DNA of 64,000 nt from Pseudomonas aeruginosa PAO1 (GTDB taxonomy: Bacteria; Pseudomonadota; Gammaproteobacteria; Pseudomonadales; Pseudomonadaceae), in assembly GCF_000006765.1 (NCBI RefSeq), contig NC_002516.2. The stretch is one strand, 5' to 3'. The first letter of the stretch is position 1. Each line of letters starts with the position of its first letter. The notes beneath the pieces were generated by a model that was not told the origin of the DNA, ran no database searches, and saw only the letters and a list, made by a program, of their open reading frames with translations. Position numbers and translations under genes: made by a program. Below are positions 53,713 to 64,000 of this stretch, one piece after another.

Positions 53713-54012
53713 TTACTCAGCGCTGGTGGCGAAATCGAGATCTTGGCCCGGCTGGAGAGCGATGTACGCTTTTTTCCAGTCGTTACGCTTGCCCAGACCG
53801 CGAGCGGTGCGCTTGGTCTTACCCTTGACGTTCAGGGTAGTGACGCGCTGTACCTTCACGCTGAACAGGCTTTCTACGGCCTTCTTGATTTCCAGCTTGG
53901 TTGCATCGGTGGCAACCTTGAAAACGAATTGGCTCTTGCCGTCCGCGAGACCCGTGGCTTTCTCGGAGATGTGCGGACCAAGCAGCACTTTGAATACGCG
54001 TTCCTGGTTCAT
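53713..54012 (-). CDS. rplW: 50S protein L23
   Basis: 99 aa. Confidence 0.99.
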
Positions 54013-54611
54013 CCCAGCAGCTCCTCGAACTTCTTCACGGCGGACACGGTGACCAGCACCTTGTCGTAGGCGATCAGGCTGACGGGGTCGGAACCTTGGA
54101 CATCACGTACATCGACGTGCGCCAGGTTGCGCGCAGCGAGGTACAGGTTCTCGTCGACACCATCGGTCACGATCAGCACGTCTTTCAGACCCAGGGTGTC
54201 CAGCTTGGCAACCAGGCCCTTGGTTTTCGGTGCATCGACAGCGAAGTCGGCAACGACGACCAGACGGTCCAGACGAACGAGCTCGGCAAGGATGGAGCGC
54301 AGTGCTGCGCGGTACATCTTCTTGTTCAGCTTCTGTTCGTGACTACGCGGTTTAGCGGCGAAAGTGGTGCCGCCCCCACGCCAGATGGGGCTACGGATGG
54401 TGCCAGCGCGAGCACGACCGGTGCCCTTCTGACGCCACGGCTTCTTGCCACCACCAGAGACTTCGGAGCGAGTCTTCTGCGCCTTGCTGCCCTGACGGCC
54501 GCCAGCCATGTAGGCCACGACTGCCTGGTGCACCAGGGTCTCGTTGAATTCGCCACCAAAGGTACGCTCGGAGACTTCGATAGCCTGAGCGCCGTTCACA
54601 TTCAATTGCAT
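54009..54611 (-). CDS. rplD: 50S protein L4
   Basis: 200 aa; QKGTGRAR. Confidence 0.99.
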
Positions 54612-54624
54612 CTCAGCTTCCCCC

Positions 54625-55260
54625 TTAACCGCGAGCCTTGGCTGCCGGACGCACGATCACATCACCGCCGGTAGCGCCGGGAACGGCACCCTTGACCAGC
54701 AGCAGATTGCGTTCAGCATCGACGCGCACGATCTCCAGGGATTGAACGGTTACCCGCTCCGCACCCAGATGACCGGACATTTTCTTGCCCTTGAACACTC
54801 GACCAGGAGTCTGGCACTGGCCGATGGAACCCGGGACGCGGTGGGAAACGGAGTTACCGTGGGTGTTATCCTGACCACGGAAGTTCCAGCGCTTGATGGT
54901 GCCCGCGAAGCCCTTACCCTTGGACTCGCCGGTAACGTCTACCATCTGGCCTGCCTGGAACAGATCGACAGTGATCTGGTCACCAGCGGCATACTGCTCT
55001 TCGCCCAGACGGAATTCCCACACGCCGCGACCGGCGGCGACATTCGCCTTGGCAAAGTGACCAGCTTGCGCTTTGGTAACGCGAGAAGCACGACGCTCGC
55101 CGGCGGTGACTTGCACTGCACGGTAGCCATCGGTTTCTTCAGTCTTGAACTGGGTGACGCGATTCGGCTCGACCTCGATGACCGTAACCGGAATAGAGAC
55201 ACCTTCCTCGGTGAAAATGCGGGTCATGCCGCATTTACGACCGACAACACCAATTGTCAT
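54625..55260 (-). CDS. rplC: 50S protein L3
   Basis: 211 aa from ATG 55260 (MTIGVVGRK), AAGAGG SD. Confidence 0.99.
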
Positions 55261-55276
55261 GTTGTAAACCTCTTGA

Positions 55277-55325
55277 GTGTACGGGGCTTTCACCCGCTAT
55301 GGCCGCCCATTTCAGAGCGTTACAC
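55277..55325 (-). promoter_or_regulatory. Candidate cis-regulatory mRNA element mimicking 23S rRNA H18-H20
   Basis: GUGUAACGCUCUGAAAUGGGCGGCCAUAGCGGGUGAAAGCCCCGUACAC folds as a three-way junction; see findings. Confidence 0.7.
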
Positions 55326-55342
55326 GACCAATGCCGAAGGCA

Positions 55343-55660
<318 letters not shown>

Positions 55661-55717
55661 TCAGACTCCAATTTACCATTCCCAACGGACGGACTACGCC
55701 CGTTAAAAGGAGGCGCA

Positions 55718-55746
55718 ATTGTACGGATGCCCCCACAGGGTGTCAA
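55718..55746 (-). promoter_or_regulatory. S10-operon sigma70 promoter
   Basis: TTGACA-17 bp-TACAAT plus discriminator TGCGCC. Confidence 0.88.
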
Positions 55747-55763
55747 TATTTAACCAACGAACG

Positions 55764-55791
55764 AAAAAAGGGGCCCCGGAGGGCCCCTTTT
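55764..55791 (-). terminator. str-operon (tufA) terminator
   Basis: AAAAGGGGCCC-CGGA-GGGCCCCTTTT, with U6 on the minus strand. Confidence 0.9.
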
Positions 55792-55810
55792 CTGATGGCA
55801 GGATCAGCGA

Positions 55811-57004
55811 TTACTCGATGATCTTGGCAACCACGCCGGCGCCAACGGTACGGCCGCCTTCGCGGATCGCGAAGCGCAGGCCATCTTCCATGGCGATCGG
55901 AGCGATCAGGGTGACAACCATCTTGATGTTGTCGCCCGGCATTACCATCTCTACGCCTTCCGGCAGTTCGCAGTTACCGGTCACATCGGTGGTACGGAAG
56001 TAGAACTGCGGACGGTAGCCCTTGAAGAACGGGGTGTGACGACCACCTTCTTCCTTGGACAGCACGTACACTTCGCACTCGAACTTGGTGTGCGGCTTGA
56101 TGGTGCCCGGCTTGGCCAGTACCTGGCCACGCTCTACGTCTTCACGCTTGGTGCCACGCAGCAGGATACCAACGTTCTCACCAGCACGACCTTCGTCGAG
56201 CAGCTTGCGGAACATTTCAACGCCGGTGCAGGTAGTCTTGGTGGTCGCCTTGATGCCGACGATTTCCACTTCTTCCTGGACCTTGATGATGCCGCGCTCT
56301 ACACGACCGGTTACCACGGTACCGCGGCCGGAGATCGAGAACACGTCTTCGATCGGCATCAGGAACGGCTGGTCGATGGCACGAACCGGCTCCGGAATGT
56401 AGGAGTCCAGGGTCTCTACCAGCTTCTGCACGGCGCTTACGCCGATGCCGTTGTCATCCTTGCCTTCCAGCGCCATCAGCGCGGAACCGATGATGATCGG
56501 AGTGTCGTCGCCCGGGAAGTCGTAGGTGTTCAGCAGATCGCGAACTTCCATCTCGACCAGTTCCAGCAGCTCGGCGTCGTCGACCATGTCGGCCTTGTTC
56601 AGGAACACGACGATGTAGGGAACGCCTACCTGGCGGGACAGCAGGATGTGCTCGCGGGTCTGCGGCATGGGGCCGTCGGCAGCCGAGCAAACCAGGATCG
56701 CGCCGTCCATCTGGGCAGCACCGGTGATCATGTTCTTCACGTAGTCGGCGTGACCGGGGCAGTCAACGTGGGCGTAGTGACGAACAGCGGAATCGTATTC
56801 AACGTGCGAGGTGTTGATGGTGATACCGCGGGCCTTTTCTTCCGGCGCGTTGTCGATCTGATCGAAAGCACGAGCGGAACCACCCCAGGTATCGGAGCAG
56901 ACCTTGGTCAGTGCAGCGGTCAGAGTGGTCTTGCCATGGTCAACGTGACCGATGGTGCCGACGTTGACGTGCGGTTTGTTACGTTCGAATTTTTCCTTAG
57001 CCAC
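55811..57004 (-). CDS. tufA: Elongation factor Tu
   Basis: 397 aa, GTG start; [17 protein letters not shown]. Confidence 0.99.
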   Translation of the reverse strand: MAKEKFERNKPHVNVGTIGHVDHGKTTLTAALTKVCSDTWGGSARAFDQIDNAPEEKARGITINTSHVEYDSAVRHYAHVDCPGHADYVKNMITGAAQMDGAILVCSAADGPMPQTREHILLSRQVGVPYIVVFLNKADMVDDAELLELVEMEVRDLLNTYDFPGDDTPIIIGSALMALEGKDDNGIGVSAVQKLVETLDSYIPEPVRAIDQPFLMPIEDVFSISGRGTVVTGRVERGIIKVQEEVEIVGIKATTKTTCTGVEMFRKLLDEGRAGENVGILLRGTKREDVERGQVLAKPGTIKPHTKFECEVYVLSKEEGGRHTPFFKGYRPQFYFRTTDVTGNCELPEGVEMVMPGDNIKMVVTLIAPIAMEDGLRFAIREGGRTVGAGVVAKIIE

Positions 57005-57034
57005 GACAGTAAACCTCTTACTTAAAGGGCTGAA

Positions 57035-59155
57035 TCAACCTTGTTTTTTAACCAGCGCTTCGACGATGTTCGACGGAGCTTCGGCGTATTTGGAGAATTC
57101 CATGGAGTAGCTCGCGCGACCCTGGGACATGGAACGCACGTCGGTCGCATAACCGAACATCTCACCCAGCGGAACCTCGGCACGAATAACCTTACCGGAA
57201 ACCGTGTCCTCCATCCCCTGAATCAGACCACGACGACGGTTCAGGTCGCCCATCACGTCACCCATGTAGTCCTCAGGAGTCACTACCTCTACCTTCATGA
57301 TCGGCTCGAGCACCTTGCCGCCGCCCTTCTGGGCCAACTGCTTGGTCGCCATGGAAGCAGCGATCTTGAACGCCATCTCGTTGGAGTCGACGTCATGGTA
57401 GGAACCATCGAAAACGGTAGCCTTCAGGCCGATGAGCGGATAGCCGGCAACGACGCCGTTCTTCATCTGCTCTTCGATACCCTTCTGGATCGCCGGGATG
57501 TATTCCTTCGGAACCACACCGCCCACGACTTCGTTCTCGAACACCAGGCCTTCGGTGATATTGCCCTTCTCGTCCACGTCCGCGGCCGAGAAACGGATCC
57601 AGCAATGACCGAACTGACCGCGACCACCGGACTGGCGAACGAACTTGCCTTCGATCTCCACGTTGTCCTTGGTGATGGTCTCACGGTAGGCAACCTGCGG
57701 CTTGCCGATGTTGGCCTCGACGCCGAACTCGCGCTTCATGCGGTCGACGATGATGTCCAGGTGCAGCTCGCCCATGCCGGAGATGATGGTCTGACCGGAC
57801 TCTTCGTCGGTCTTGACACGGAACGACGGGTCTTCCTGGGCCAGCTTGCCGAGGGCGATACCCATCTTCTCCTGGTCAGCCTTGGTCTTCGGCTCTACAG
57901 CGACCGAGATTACCGGCTCGGGGAAGTCCATGCGCTCGAGGATGATCGGCTTCTCGATCGAGCACAGGGTGTCACCGGTGGTGACGTCCTTCATGCCGAT
58001 CAGGGCAGCGATGTCGCCTGCGCGCACTTCCTTGATCTCTTCACGCTGGTTGGCGTGCATCTGCACCATCCGACCGACGCGCTCTTTCTTGCCTTTCACC
58101 GAGTTCAGGACGGAGTCGCCGGAACTCAGGACGCCGGAGTAAACGCGGGCGAAGGTCAGGGTACCGACGAACGGGTCGGTAGCGATCTTGAACGCCAGGG
58201 ACGAGAACGGTTCGTTGTCGTCGGCATGACGCTCGTCTTCGACGGTCTCGTCGTCCGGGCTGACGCCCTTGATCGCAGGGATCTCGGTCGGAGCCGGGAG
58301 GTAGTCGATGACGGCATCGAGAACCAGCGGAACGCCCTTGTTCTTGAACGAGGAACCGCAGACGGCCGGAACGATCTCGCAGGCCAGGGTGCGCAGACGC
58401 AGGCCTTCCTTGATCTCGGCTTCGGAGAGCTCGCCCTCTTCGAGGTACTTGTTCATCAGCTCTTCGTTGGCTTCGGCCGCAGCCTCGACCATGCTGGAAC
58501 GCCACTCTTCGGCCAGGTCCTTGAGCTCCGCAGGAATTTCTTCCTCGCGGTAGGTCATGCCCTTGTCGTCATCGTTCCAGTAGATGGCCTTCATCTTGAT
58601 CAGGTCGACCTGACCGACGAAGTTCTCTTCAGCGCCGATGGCGAGCTGGACCGGAACCGGGGTATGACCCAGGCGCTTCTTGATCTGCTCGACGACGCGT
58701 AGGAAGTTCGCGCCCTGGCGGTCCATCTTGTTGACGTAGACGATGCGCGGTACGCCGTACTTGTTGGCCTGACGCCATACGGTTTCCGACTGCGGCTCTA
58801 CGCCGGAGGTGCCACAGAACACCACGACAGCGCCGTCCAGTACACGCAGGGAACGCTCCACCTCGATGGTGAAGTCTACGTGGCCGGGAGTGTCGATGAC
58901 GTTTACGCGATAGTTGTCGTACTGACCGCGCGAACCCTTCCAGAAGGTGGTAACGGCAGCGGAGGTAATGGTGATACCGCGCTCCTGCTCCTGCACCATC
59001 CAGTCGGTGGTCGCAGCGCCGTCATGCACTTCGCCCAGCTTGTGGTTGACGCCGGTATAGAACAGAACCCGCTCCGTGGTGGTGGTCTTGCCCGCGTCAA
59101 CGTGGGCACAGATACCGATATTACGGTAGCGGTTGATGGGTGTAGTACGGGCCAC
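57035..59155 (-). CDS. fusA1: Elongation factor G
   Basis: 706 aa, GTG start; [17 protein letters not shown]. Confidence 0.99.
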   Translation of the reverse strand: MARTTPINRYRNIGICAHVDAGKTTTTERVLFYTGVNHKLGEVHDGAATTDWMVQEQERGITITSAAVTTFWKGSRGQYDNYRVNVIDTPGHVDFTIEVERSLRVLDGAVVVFCGTSGVEPQSETVWRQANKYGVPRIVYVNKMDRQGANFLRVVEQIKKRLGHTPVPVQLAIGAEENFVGQVDLIKMKAIYWNDDDKGMTYREEEIPAELKDLAEEWRSSMVEAAAEANEELMNKYLEEGELSEAEIKEGLRLRTLACEIVPAVCGSSFKNKGVPLVLDAVIDYLPAPTEIPAIKGVSPDDETVEDERHADDNEPFSSLAFKIATDPFVGTLTFARVYSGVLSSGDSVLNSVKGKKERVGRMVQMHANQREEIKEVRAGDIAALIGMKDVTTGDTLCSIEKPIILERMDFPEPVISVAVEPKTKADQEKMGIALGKLAQEDPSFRVKTDEESGQTIISGMGELHLDIIVDRMKREFGVEANIGKPQVAYRETITKDNVEIEGKFVRQSGGRGQFGHCWIRFSAADVDEKGNITEGLVFENEVVGGVVPKEYIPAIQKGIEEQMKNGVVAGYPLIGLKATVFDGSYHDVDSNEMAFKIAASMATKQLAQKGGGKVLEPIMKVEVVTPEDYMGDVMGDLNRRRGLIQGMEDTVSGKVIRAEVPLGEMFGYATDVRSMSQGRASYSMEFSKYAEAPSNIVEALVKKQG

Positions 59156-59185
59156 AATAAGGTCCTCGGGGGTTGGGCAGCGCGA

Positions 59186-59677
<492 letters not shown>

Positions 59678-59755
59678 TCAGGTTAGCCCGGGACCATAAC
59701 AGTCAAGTTACGCCCGACCTTACTCTTATCGACTCAGATAAATATAAAAACGCTA

Positions 59756-60127
59756 TTACTTCGGACGCTTGGCGCCGTACTTCGAACGACCCTGCTTACG
59801 GTCTTTGACACCCGAGGTGTCCAGCGAACCGCGCACGGTGTGGTAACGCACGCCCGGAAGGTCCTTTACACGACCGCCACGGATCAGCACTACGCTGTGC
59901 TCTTGCAGGTTGTGACCTTCACCACCGATGTACGAGGAAACCTCGAAACCGTTGGTCAGACGTACACGGCATACCTTACGCAGTGCCGAGTTCGGCTTTT
60001 TCGGCGTGGTGGTGTATACGCGGGTGCATACGCCACGACGTTGCGGGCAGTTTTGCAGCGCAGGCACGTCGCTCTTGTCGACCATGCGCTTGCGCGGCTT
60101 ACGCACCAGCTGGTTGATAGTTGCCAT
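59756..60127 (-). CDS. rpsL: 30S protein S12
   Basis: 123 aa; TPKKPNSA and RVKDLPG, both wild-type at the classic streptomycin-resistance lysines. Confidence 0.99.
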   Translation of the reverse strand: MATINQLVRKPRKRMVDKSDVPALQNCPQRRGVCTRVYTTTPKKPNSALRKVCRVRLTNGFEVSSYIGGEGHNLQEHSVVLIRGGRVKDLPGVRYHTVRGSLDTSGVKDRKQGRSKYGAKRPK

Positions 60128-60157
60128 CTATAGCTCCACTGATTGTCTTACGACACA

Positions 60158-60188
60158 CAAACGAAATGACAGAGCGTGCGCCCTGCCA
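60158..60188 (-). terminator. Premature-terminator hairpin in the rpsL leader (resembles the described Pseudomonas rpsL leader)
   Basis: UGGCAGGG-CGCACG-CUCUGUCA (8 bp with 2 G-U pairs) followed by UUUCGUUUG, between the promoter and rpsL. Confidence 0.6.
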
Positions 60189-60204
60189 ATTTTCGGGGTA
60201 CAAA

Positions 60205-60233
60205 ATAGTAAAGAGGTTCTTGTACACCGTCAA
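60205..60233 (-). promoter_or_regulatory. str-operon sigma70 promoter
   Basis: TTGACG-17 bp-TACTAT. Confidence 0.85.
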
Positions 60234-60237
60234 GACA

Positions 60238-60267
60238 AAGCCCCGGCTATCGGGATAGCCGGGGCTT
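60238..60267 (-). terminator. rpoBC terminator
   Basis: 14-bp stem AAGCCCCGGCTATC/GATAGCCGGGGCTT with a U-rich tail. Confidence 0.85.
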
Positions 60268-60278
60268 GTCGTTGATGC

Positions 60279-63200
60279 TTAGTTACCGCTCGAGTTCAGC
60301 GCTTCGGTCAGTGCGGCTTCCGCCTCGCTGGCACTCACACGCTGCGGCTTGCCGAGGTCGCGCTGACGCTTGCGTTCGCTGTGGTAAGCCAGACCGGTAC
60401 CGGCCGGGATCAGGCGACCCACGACCACGTTCTCTTTCAGACCACGCAGGAAGTCGCGCTTGCCGGTGACCGCCGCCTCGGTGAGGACGCGGGTGGTCTC
60501 CTGGAACGACGCCGCGGAAATGAACGACTCGGTCGACAGGGAGGCCTTGGTGATACCCAGCAGAACCCGCTCGTACTTGGCCGGGAACTTGTCCTCGGTA
60601 CCGAGCTGTTCGTTCTCTTCCAGCACCTGGGTGAGTTCCACCTGGTCGCCTTTGATGAAGCTGGAGTCGCCGGACTCGCTGACTTCGACCTTGCGCAGCA
60701 TCTGACGCAGGATGGTCTCGATGTGCTTGTCGTTGATCTTCACGCCCTGCAGACGGTAGACGTCCTGAATCTCGTTGACGATGTACTTCGCCAGCGAGCT
60801 CACGCCCAGGAGGCGCAGGATGTCGTGCGGGTTGCTCGGACCGTCGGAGATGACTTCGCCGCGGTTCACCTGTTCGCCTTCGAACACGTTCAGGTGACGC
60901 CACTTCGGAATCAGCTCCTCGTACGGATCGCTGCCATCGTTCGGCGTGATGACCAGGCGGCGCTTGCCCTTGGTCTCCTTGCCGAAGGAGATGGTGCCGC
61001 TGATTTCCGCCAGGATCGAAGGCTCTTTCGGACGACGAGCCTCGAACAGGTCGGCAACGCGCGGCAGACCACCGGTGATGTCACGGGTCTTCGAGGTTTC
61101 CTGCGGGATACGCGCGACAACGTCACCGATGCTCACCTTGGCGCCGTCGGTCAGGTTGACCAGGGCGTTGGCCGGCAGGAAGTACTGCGCCGGTACGTCG
61201 GTACCCGGCAGCAGCAGGTCCTTGCCCGCGGCATCAATCAGCTTCACGGCCGGACGGATGTCCTTGCCGGCAGCCGGACGGTCCTTCGGATCCATCACTT
61301 CGATGTTGGTCAGGCCGGTCAGTTCGTCGGTCTGACGCTTGACGGTGATGCCCTCTTCCATGCCCACGAAGGCCACGGTACCGTCCACCTCGGTGACGAT
61401 CGGGTGGGTGTGCGGGTCCCACTTGGCGACGATAGCGCCCGGGTCGACCTTGTCACCTTCCTTGACCGAGATCACCGCACCGTACGGCAGCTTGTAGCGC
61501 TCGCGCTCGCGACCGAAGTCGTCGGCAACCGCCAGTTCGCCGGAACGGGAAACCGCGACCAGCGCGCCGTCGGCACGAACCACATGCTTCAGGTTGTGCA
61601 GGCGGATGGTGCCGCCGTTCTTCACCTGGACGTTGTCGGCCGCGGAGGTCCGGCTGGCCGCACCACCGATGTGGAAGGTACGCATGGTCAGCTGGGTGCC
61701 CGGCTCACCGATGGACTGGGCAGCGATGACACCGACCGCCTCGCCGATGTTGACGCGATGGCCACGGGCCAGGTCGCGGCCGTAGCACATGGCGCAGATG
61801 CCATGACGGGTTTCGCAGGTGATCGGGGAACGCACCACCACTTCGTCGACGCTCATCACTTCGAGGAAGTCCACCCACTTCTCGTCGATCAGGGTGCCGG
61901 CCGGCACGATGACCTCGTCGCTGCCCGGCTTGAACACGTCGCGCGCGATCACACGGCCGAGCACGCGCTCGCCGAGCGGTTCGACCACGTCGCCGCCTTC
62001 GATGTGCGGCGACATCAGCAGGCCGTGCTCGGTACCGCAATCGATCTCGGTCACTACCAGATCCTGGGCCACGTCGACCAGACGACGGGTCAGGTAACCG
62101 GAGTTCGCGGTCTTCAGCGCGGTATCCGCCAGACCCTTACGAGCACCGTGGGTGGAGATGAAGTACTGGAGTACGTTCAGGCCTTCACGGAAGTTCGCGG
62201 TGATCGGGGTCTCGATGATCGAGCCGTCCGGCTTGGCCATCAGGCCACGCATACCTGCCAGCTGACGGATCTGGGCCGCGGAGCCCCGCGCACCCGAGTC
62301 AGCCATCATGTACATGGAGTTGAAGGACTCCTGGTCGACTTCCTTGCCCTCGCGATCGACGACCTTCTCTTTCGAGAGGTTGGCCATCATCGCCTTGGAC
62401 ACTTCGTCGTTGGCCTTCGACCACAGGTCGATCACCTTGTTGTACTTCTCGCCCTGGGTTACCAGGCCGGAGGCGTACTGGCTCTCGATCTCCTTCACTT
62501 CGTCGGTGGCGGCGTTGATGATCCGCGCCTTCTCGTCCGGGATGACGAAGTCGTTGACGCCGATGGACACGCCGGAAATGGTCGAGTAGGCGAAACCGGT
62601 GTACATCAGCTGGTCGGCGAAGATGACGGTGTCCTTCAGACCCACCACGCGATAGCAGTGGTTGATCAGCTTGGAGATCGCCTTCTTCTTCATCGACTGG
62701 TTGACCACGTCGAACGGCAGGCCGGCCGGAACGACCTGGAACAGCAGCGCGCGGCCGACGGTGGTGTCGACGATACGGGTATTGGCGGTCAGTTGGCCGT
62801 CTTCACCCTTGATCTTTTCGTTGATGCGCACTTTTACGCGAGCGTGCAGGGACGCCTGGCCGCTGCGGTAGGCGCGGTCGACTTCCTGCAGGTCGGCGAA
62901 GGCCATGCCCTCGCCCTTCGCGTTGATCGCTTCACGGGTCATGTAGTACAGACCCATTACCACGTCCTGCGACGGAACGATGATCGGCTCGCCGTTGGCG
63001 GGCGACAGGATGTTGTTGGTGGACATCATCAGCGCGCGCGCTTCCAGCTGGGCCTCGAGGGTCAGCGGAACGTGGACGGCCATCTGGTCACCGTCGAAGT
63101 CGGCGTTGTACGCGGCGCAGACCAGCGGGTGCAGCTGGATCGCCTTGCCTTCGATGAGGACCGGCTCGAACGCCTGGATGCCCAGACGGTGCAGGGTCGG

Positions 63201-64000
63201 CGCACGGTTCAGGAGAACCGGATGCTCGCGGATGACTTCGGCGAGAACGTCCCAGACCTCGGGCAGCTCGCGCTCGACCATTTTCTTGGCGGCCTTGATG
63301 GTGGTGGCCATACCACGACCTTCCAGCTTGCCGAAAATGAACGGCTTGAACAGCTCCAGGGCCATCTTCTTCGGCAGACCGCACTGGTGCAGGCGCAGGG
63401 TCGGGCCCACGGTGATCACGGAACGACCGGAGTAGTCCACGCGCTTGCCGAGCAGGTTCTGACGGAAGCGACCTTGCTTGCCCTTGATCATGTCGGCCAG
63501 CGACTTCAGCGGACGCTTGTTCGAGCCGGTGATGGCGCGACCGCGACGGCCGTTGTCGAGCAGGGCGTCGACGGCTTCCTGCAGCATGCGCTTTTCGTTG
63601 CGCACGATGATGTCCGGAGCAGCCAGGTCGAGCAGGCGCTTCAGACGGTTGTTACGGTTGATCACCCGACGATACAGGTCGTTCAGGTCGGAAGTCGCGA
63701 AGCGACCGCCATCCAGCGGAACCAGCGGACGCAGGTCCGGCGGCAGCACCGGCAGGACGGTCAGGACCATCCACTCAGGCTTGTTGCCGGAGCCCTGGAA
63801 GGCTTCCATCAGCTTCAGGCGCTTGGACAGCTTCTTGATCTTGGTTTCCGAGTTGGTCTGCGGAATCTCTTCGCGCAGGCGGCCGATCTCGTGCTCCAGG
63901 TCGATGGCGTTGAGCAGTTCGTGAACAGCTTCGGCGCCCATGCGAGCATCGAAATCGTCACCGAACTCTTCGAGGGCCTCGAAGTATTGCTCGTCGTTCA
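60279..64000 (-). CDS. rpoC: RNA polymerase beta' subunit (5'-truncated by the window edge)
   Basis: NADFDGD catalytic motif; the frame stays open to 64000 ([21 protein letters not shown]...). Confidence 0.99.
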   Translation of the reverse strand, partial: NDEQYFEALEEFGDDFDARMGAEAVHELLNAIDLEHEIGRLREEIPQTNSETKIKKLSKRLKLMEAFQGSGNKPEWMVLTVLPVLPPDLRPLVPLDGGRFATSDLNDLYRRVINRNNRLKRLLDLAAPDIIVRNEKRMLQEAVDALLDNGRRGRAITGSNKRPLKSLADMIKGKQGRFRQNLLGKRVDYSGRSVITVGPTLRLHQCGLPKKMALELFKPFIFGKLEGRGMATTIKAAKKMVERELPEVWDVLAEVIREHPVLLNRAPTLHRLGIQAFEPVLIEGKAIQLHPLVCAAYNADFDGDQMAVHVPLTLEAQLEARALMMSTNNILSPANGEPIIVPSQDVVMGLYYMTREAINAKGEGMAFADLQEVDRAYRSGQASLHARVKVRINEKIKGEDGQLTANTRIVDTTVGRALLFQVVPAGLPFDVVNQSMKKKAISKLINHCYRVVGLKDTVIFADQLMYTGFAYSTISGVSIGVNDFVIPDEKARIINAATDEVKEIESQYASGLVTQGEKYNKVIDLWSKANDEVSKAMMANLSKEKVVDREGKEVDQESFNSMYMMADSGARGSAAQIRQLAGMRGLMAKPDGSIIETPITANFREGLNVLQYFISTHGARKGLADTALKTANSGYLTRRLVDVAQDLVVTEIDCGTEHGLLMSPHIEGGDVVEPLGERVLGRVIARDVFKPGSDEVIVPAGTLIDEKWVDFLEVMSVDEVVVRSPITCETRHGICAMCYGRDLARGHRVNIGEAVGVIAAQSIGEPGTQLTMRTFHIGGAASRTSAADNVQVKNGGTIRLHNLKHVVRADGALVAVSRSGELAVADDFGRERERYKLPYGAVISVKEGDKVDPGAIVAKWDPHTHPIVTEVDGTVAFVGMEEGITVKRQTDELTGLTNIEVMDPKDRPAAGKDIRPAVKLIDAAGKDLLLPGTDVPAQYFLPANALVNLTDGAKVSIGDVVARIPQETSKTRDITGGLPRVADLFEARRPKEPSILAEISGTISFGKETKGKRRLVITPNDGSDPYEELIPKWRHLNVFEGEQVNRGEVISDGPSNPHDILRLLGVSSLAKYIVNEIQDVYRLQGVKINDKHIETILRQMLRKVEVSESGDSSFIKGDQVELTQVLEENEQLGTEDKFPAKYERVLLGITKASLSTESFISAASFQETTRVLTEAAVTGKRDFLRGLKENVVVGRLIPAGTGLAYHSERKRQRDLGKPQRVSASEAEAALTEALNSSGN

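Noticed and set aside
55277-55325. 23S-like sequence as an rRNA gene fragment or assembly artefact
   Set aside because: It is only 49 nt, sits between intact rpsJ and rplC, and its differences preserve pairing. This fits a functional mimic better, though it should be confirmed in other assemblies.

Overview
This window is Pseudomonas aeruginosa core chromosome. Gene order and lengths match my recollection of PAO1 PA4208-PA4269, about 4.712-4.776 Mb; I did not check this against a database. It holds (1) the 3' end of opmD, then phzM, the phzA1-G1 operon and phzS (phenazine/pyocyanin); (2) the full pyochelin locus fptABCX, pchEFGHI, pchR and pchDCBA, with Fur and PchR boxes; (3) ssb, an MFS transporter, uvrA, ftnA(bfrA) and katA; (4) the ribosomal-protein superoperon (alpha, spc, S10, str) and the 3' part of rpoC. 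I found no IS, integrase, CRISPR array, tRNA or rRNA gene, and no unknown protein-coding system. Nearly all other long ORFs in the track are GC-rich shadow frames. The most interesting signals are non-coding. The best is a 49-nt element between rpsJ and rplC that appears to copy 23S rRNA helices H18-H20 (the uL4/uL24 binding region) and abuts the rplC Shine-Dalgarno. It is a candidate for the L4 feedback control that the Pseudomonas S10 leader is reported to lack. Other leads are an internal terminator/promoter with a structured leader before rpsH, a probable N-terminally extended di-heme-type FptC, a second overlapping PchR-like box at fptA, and a REP doublet between phzG1 and phzS.
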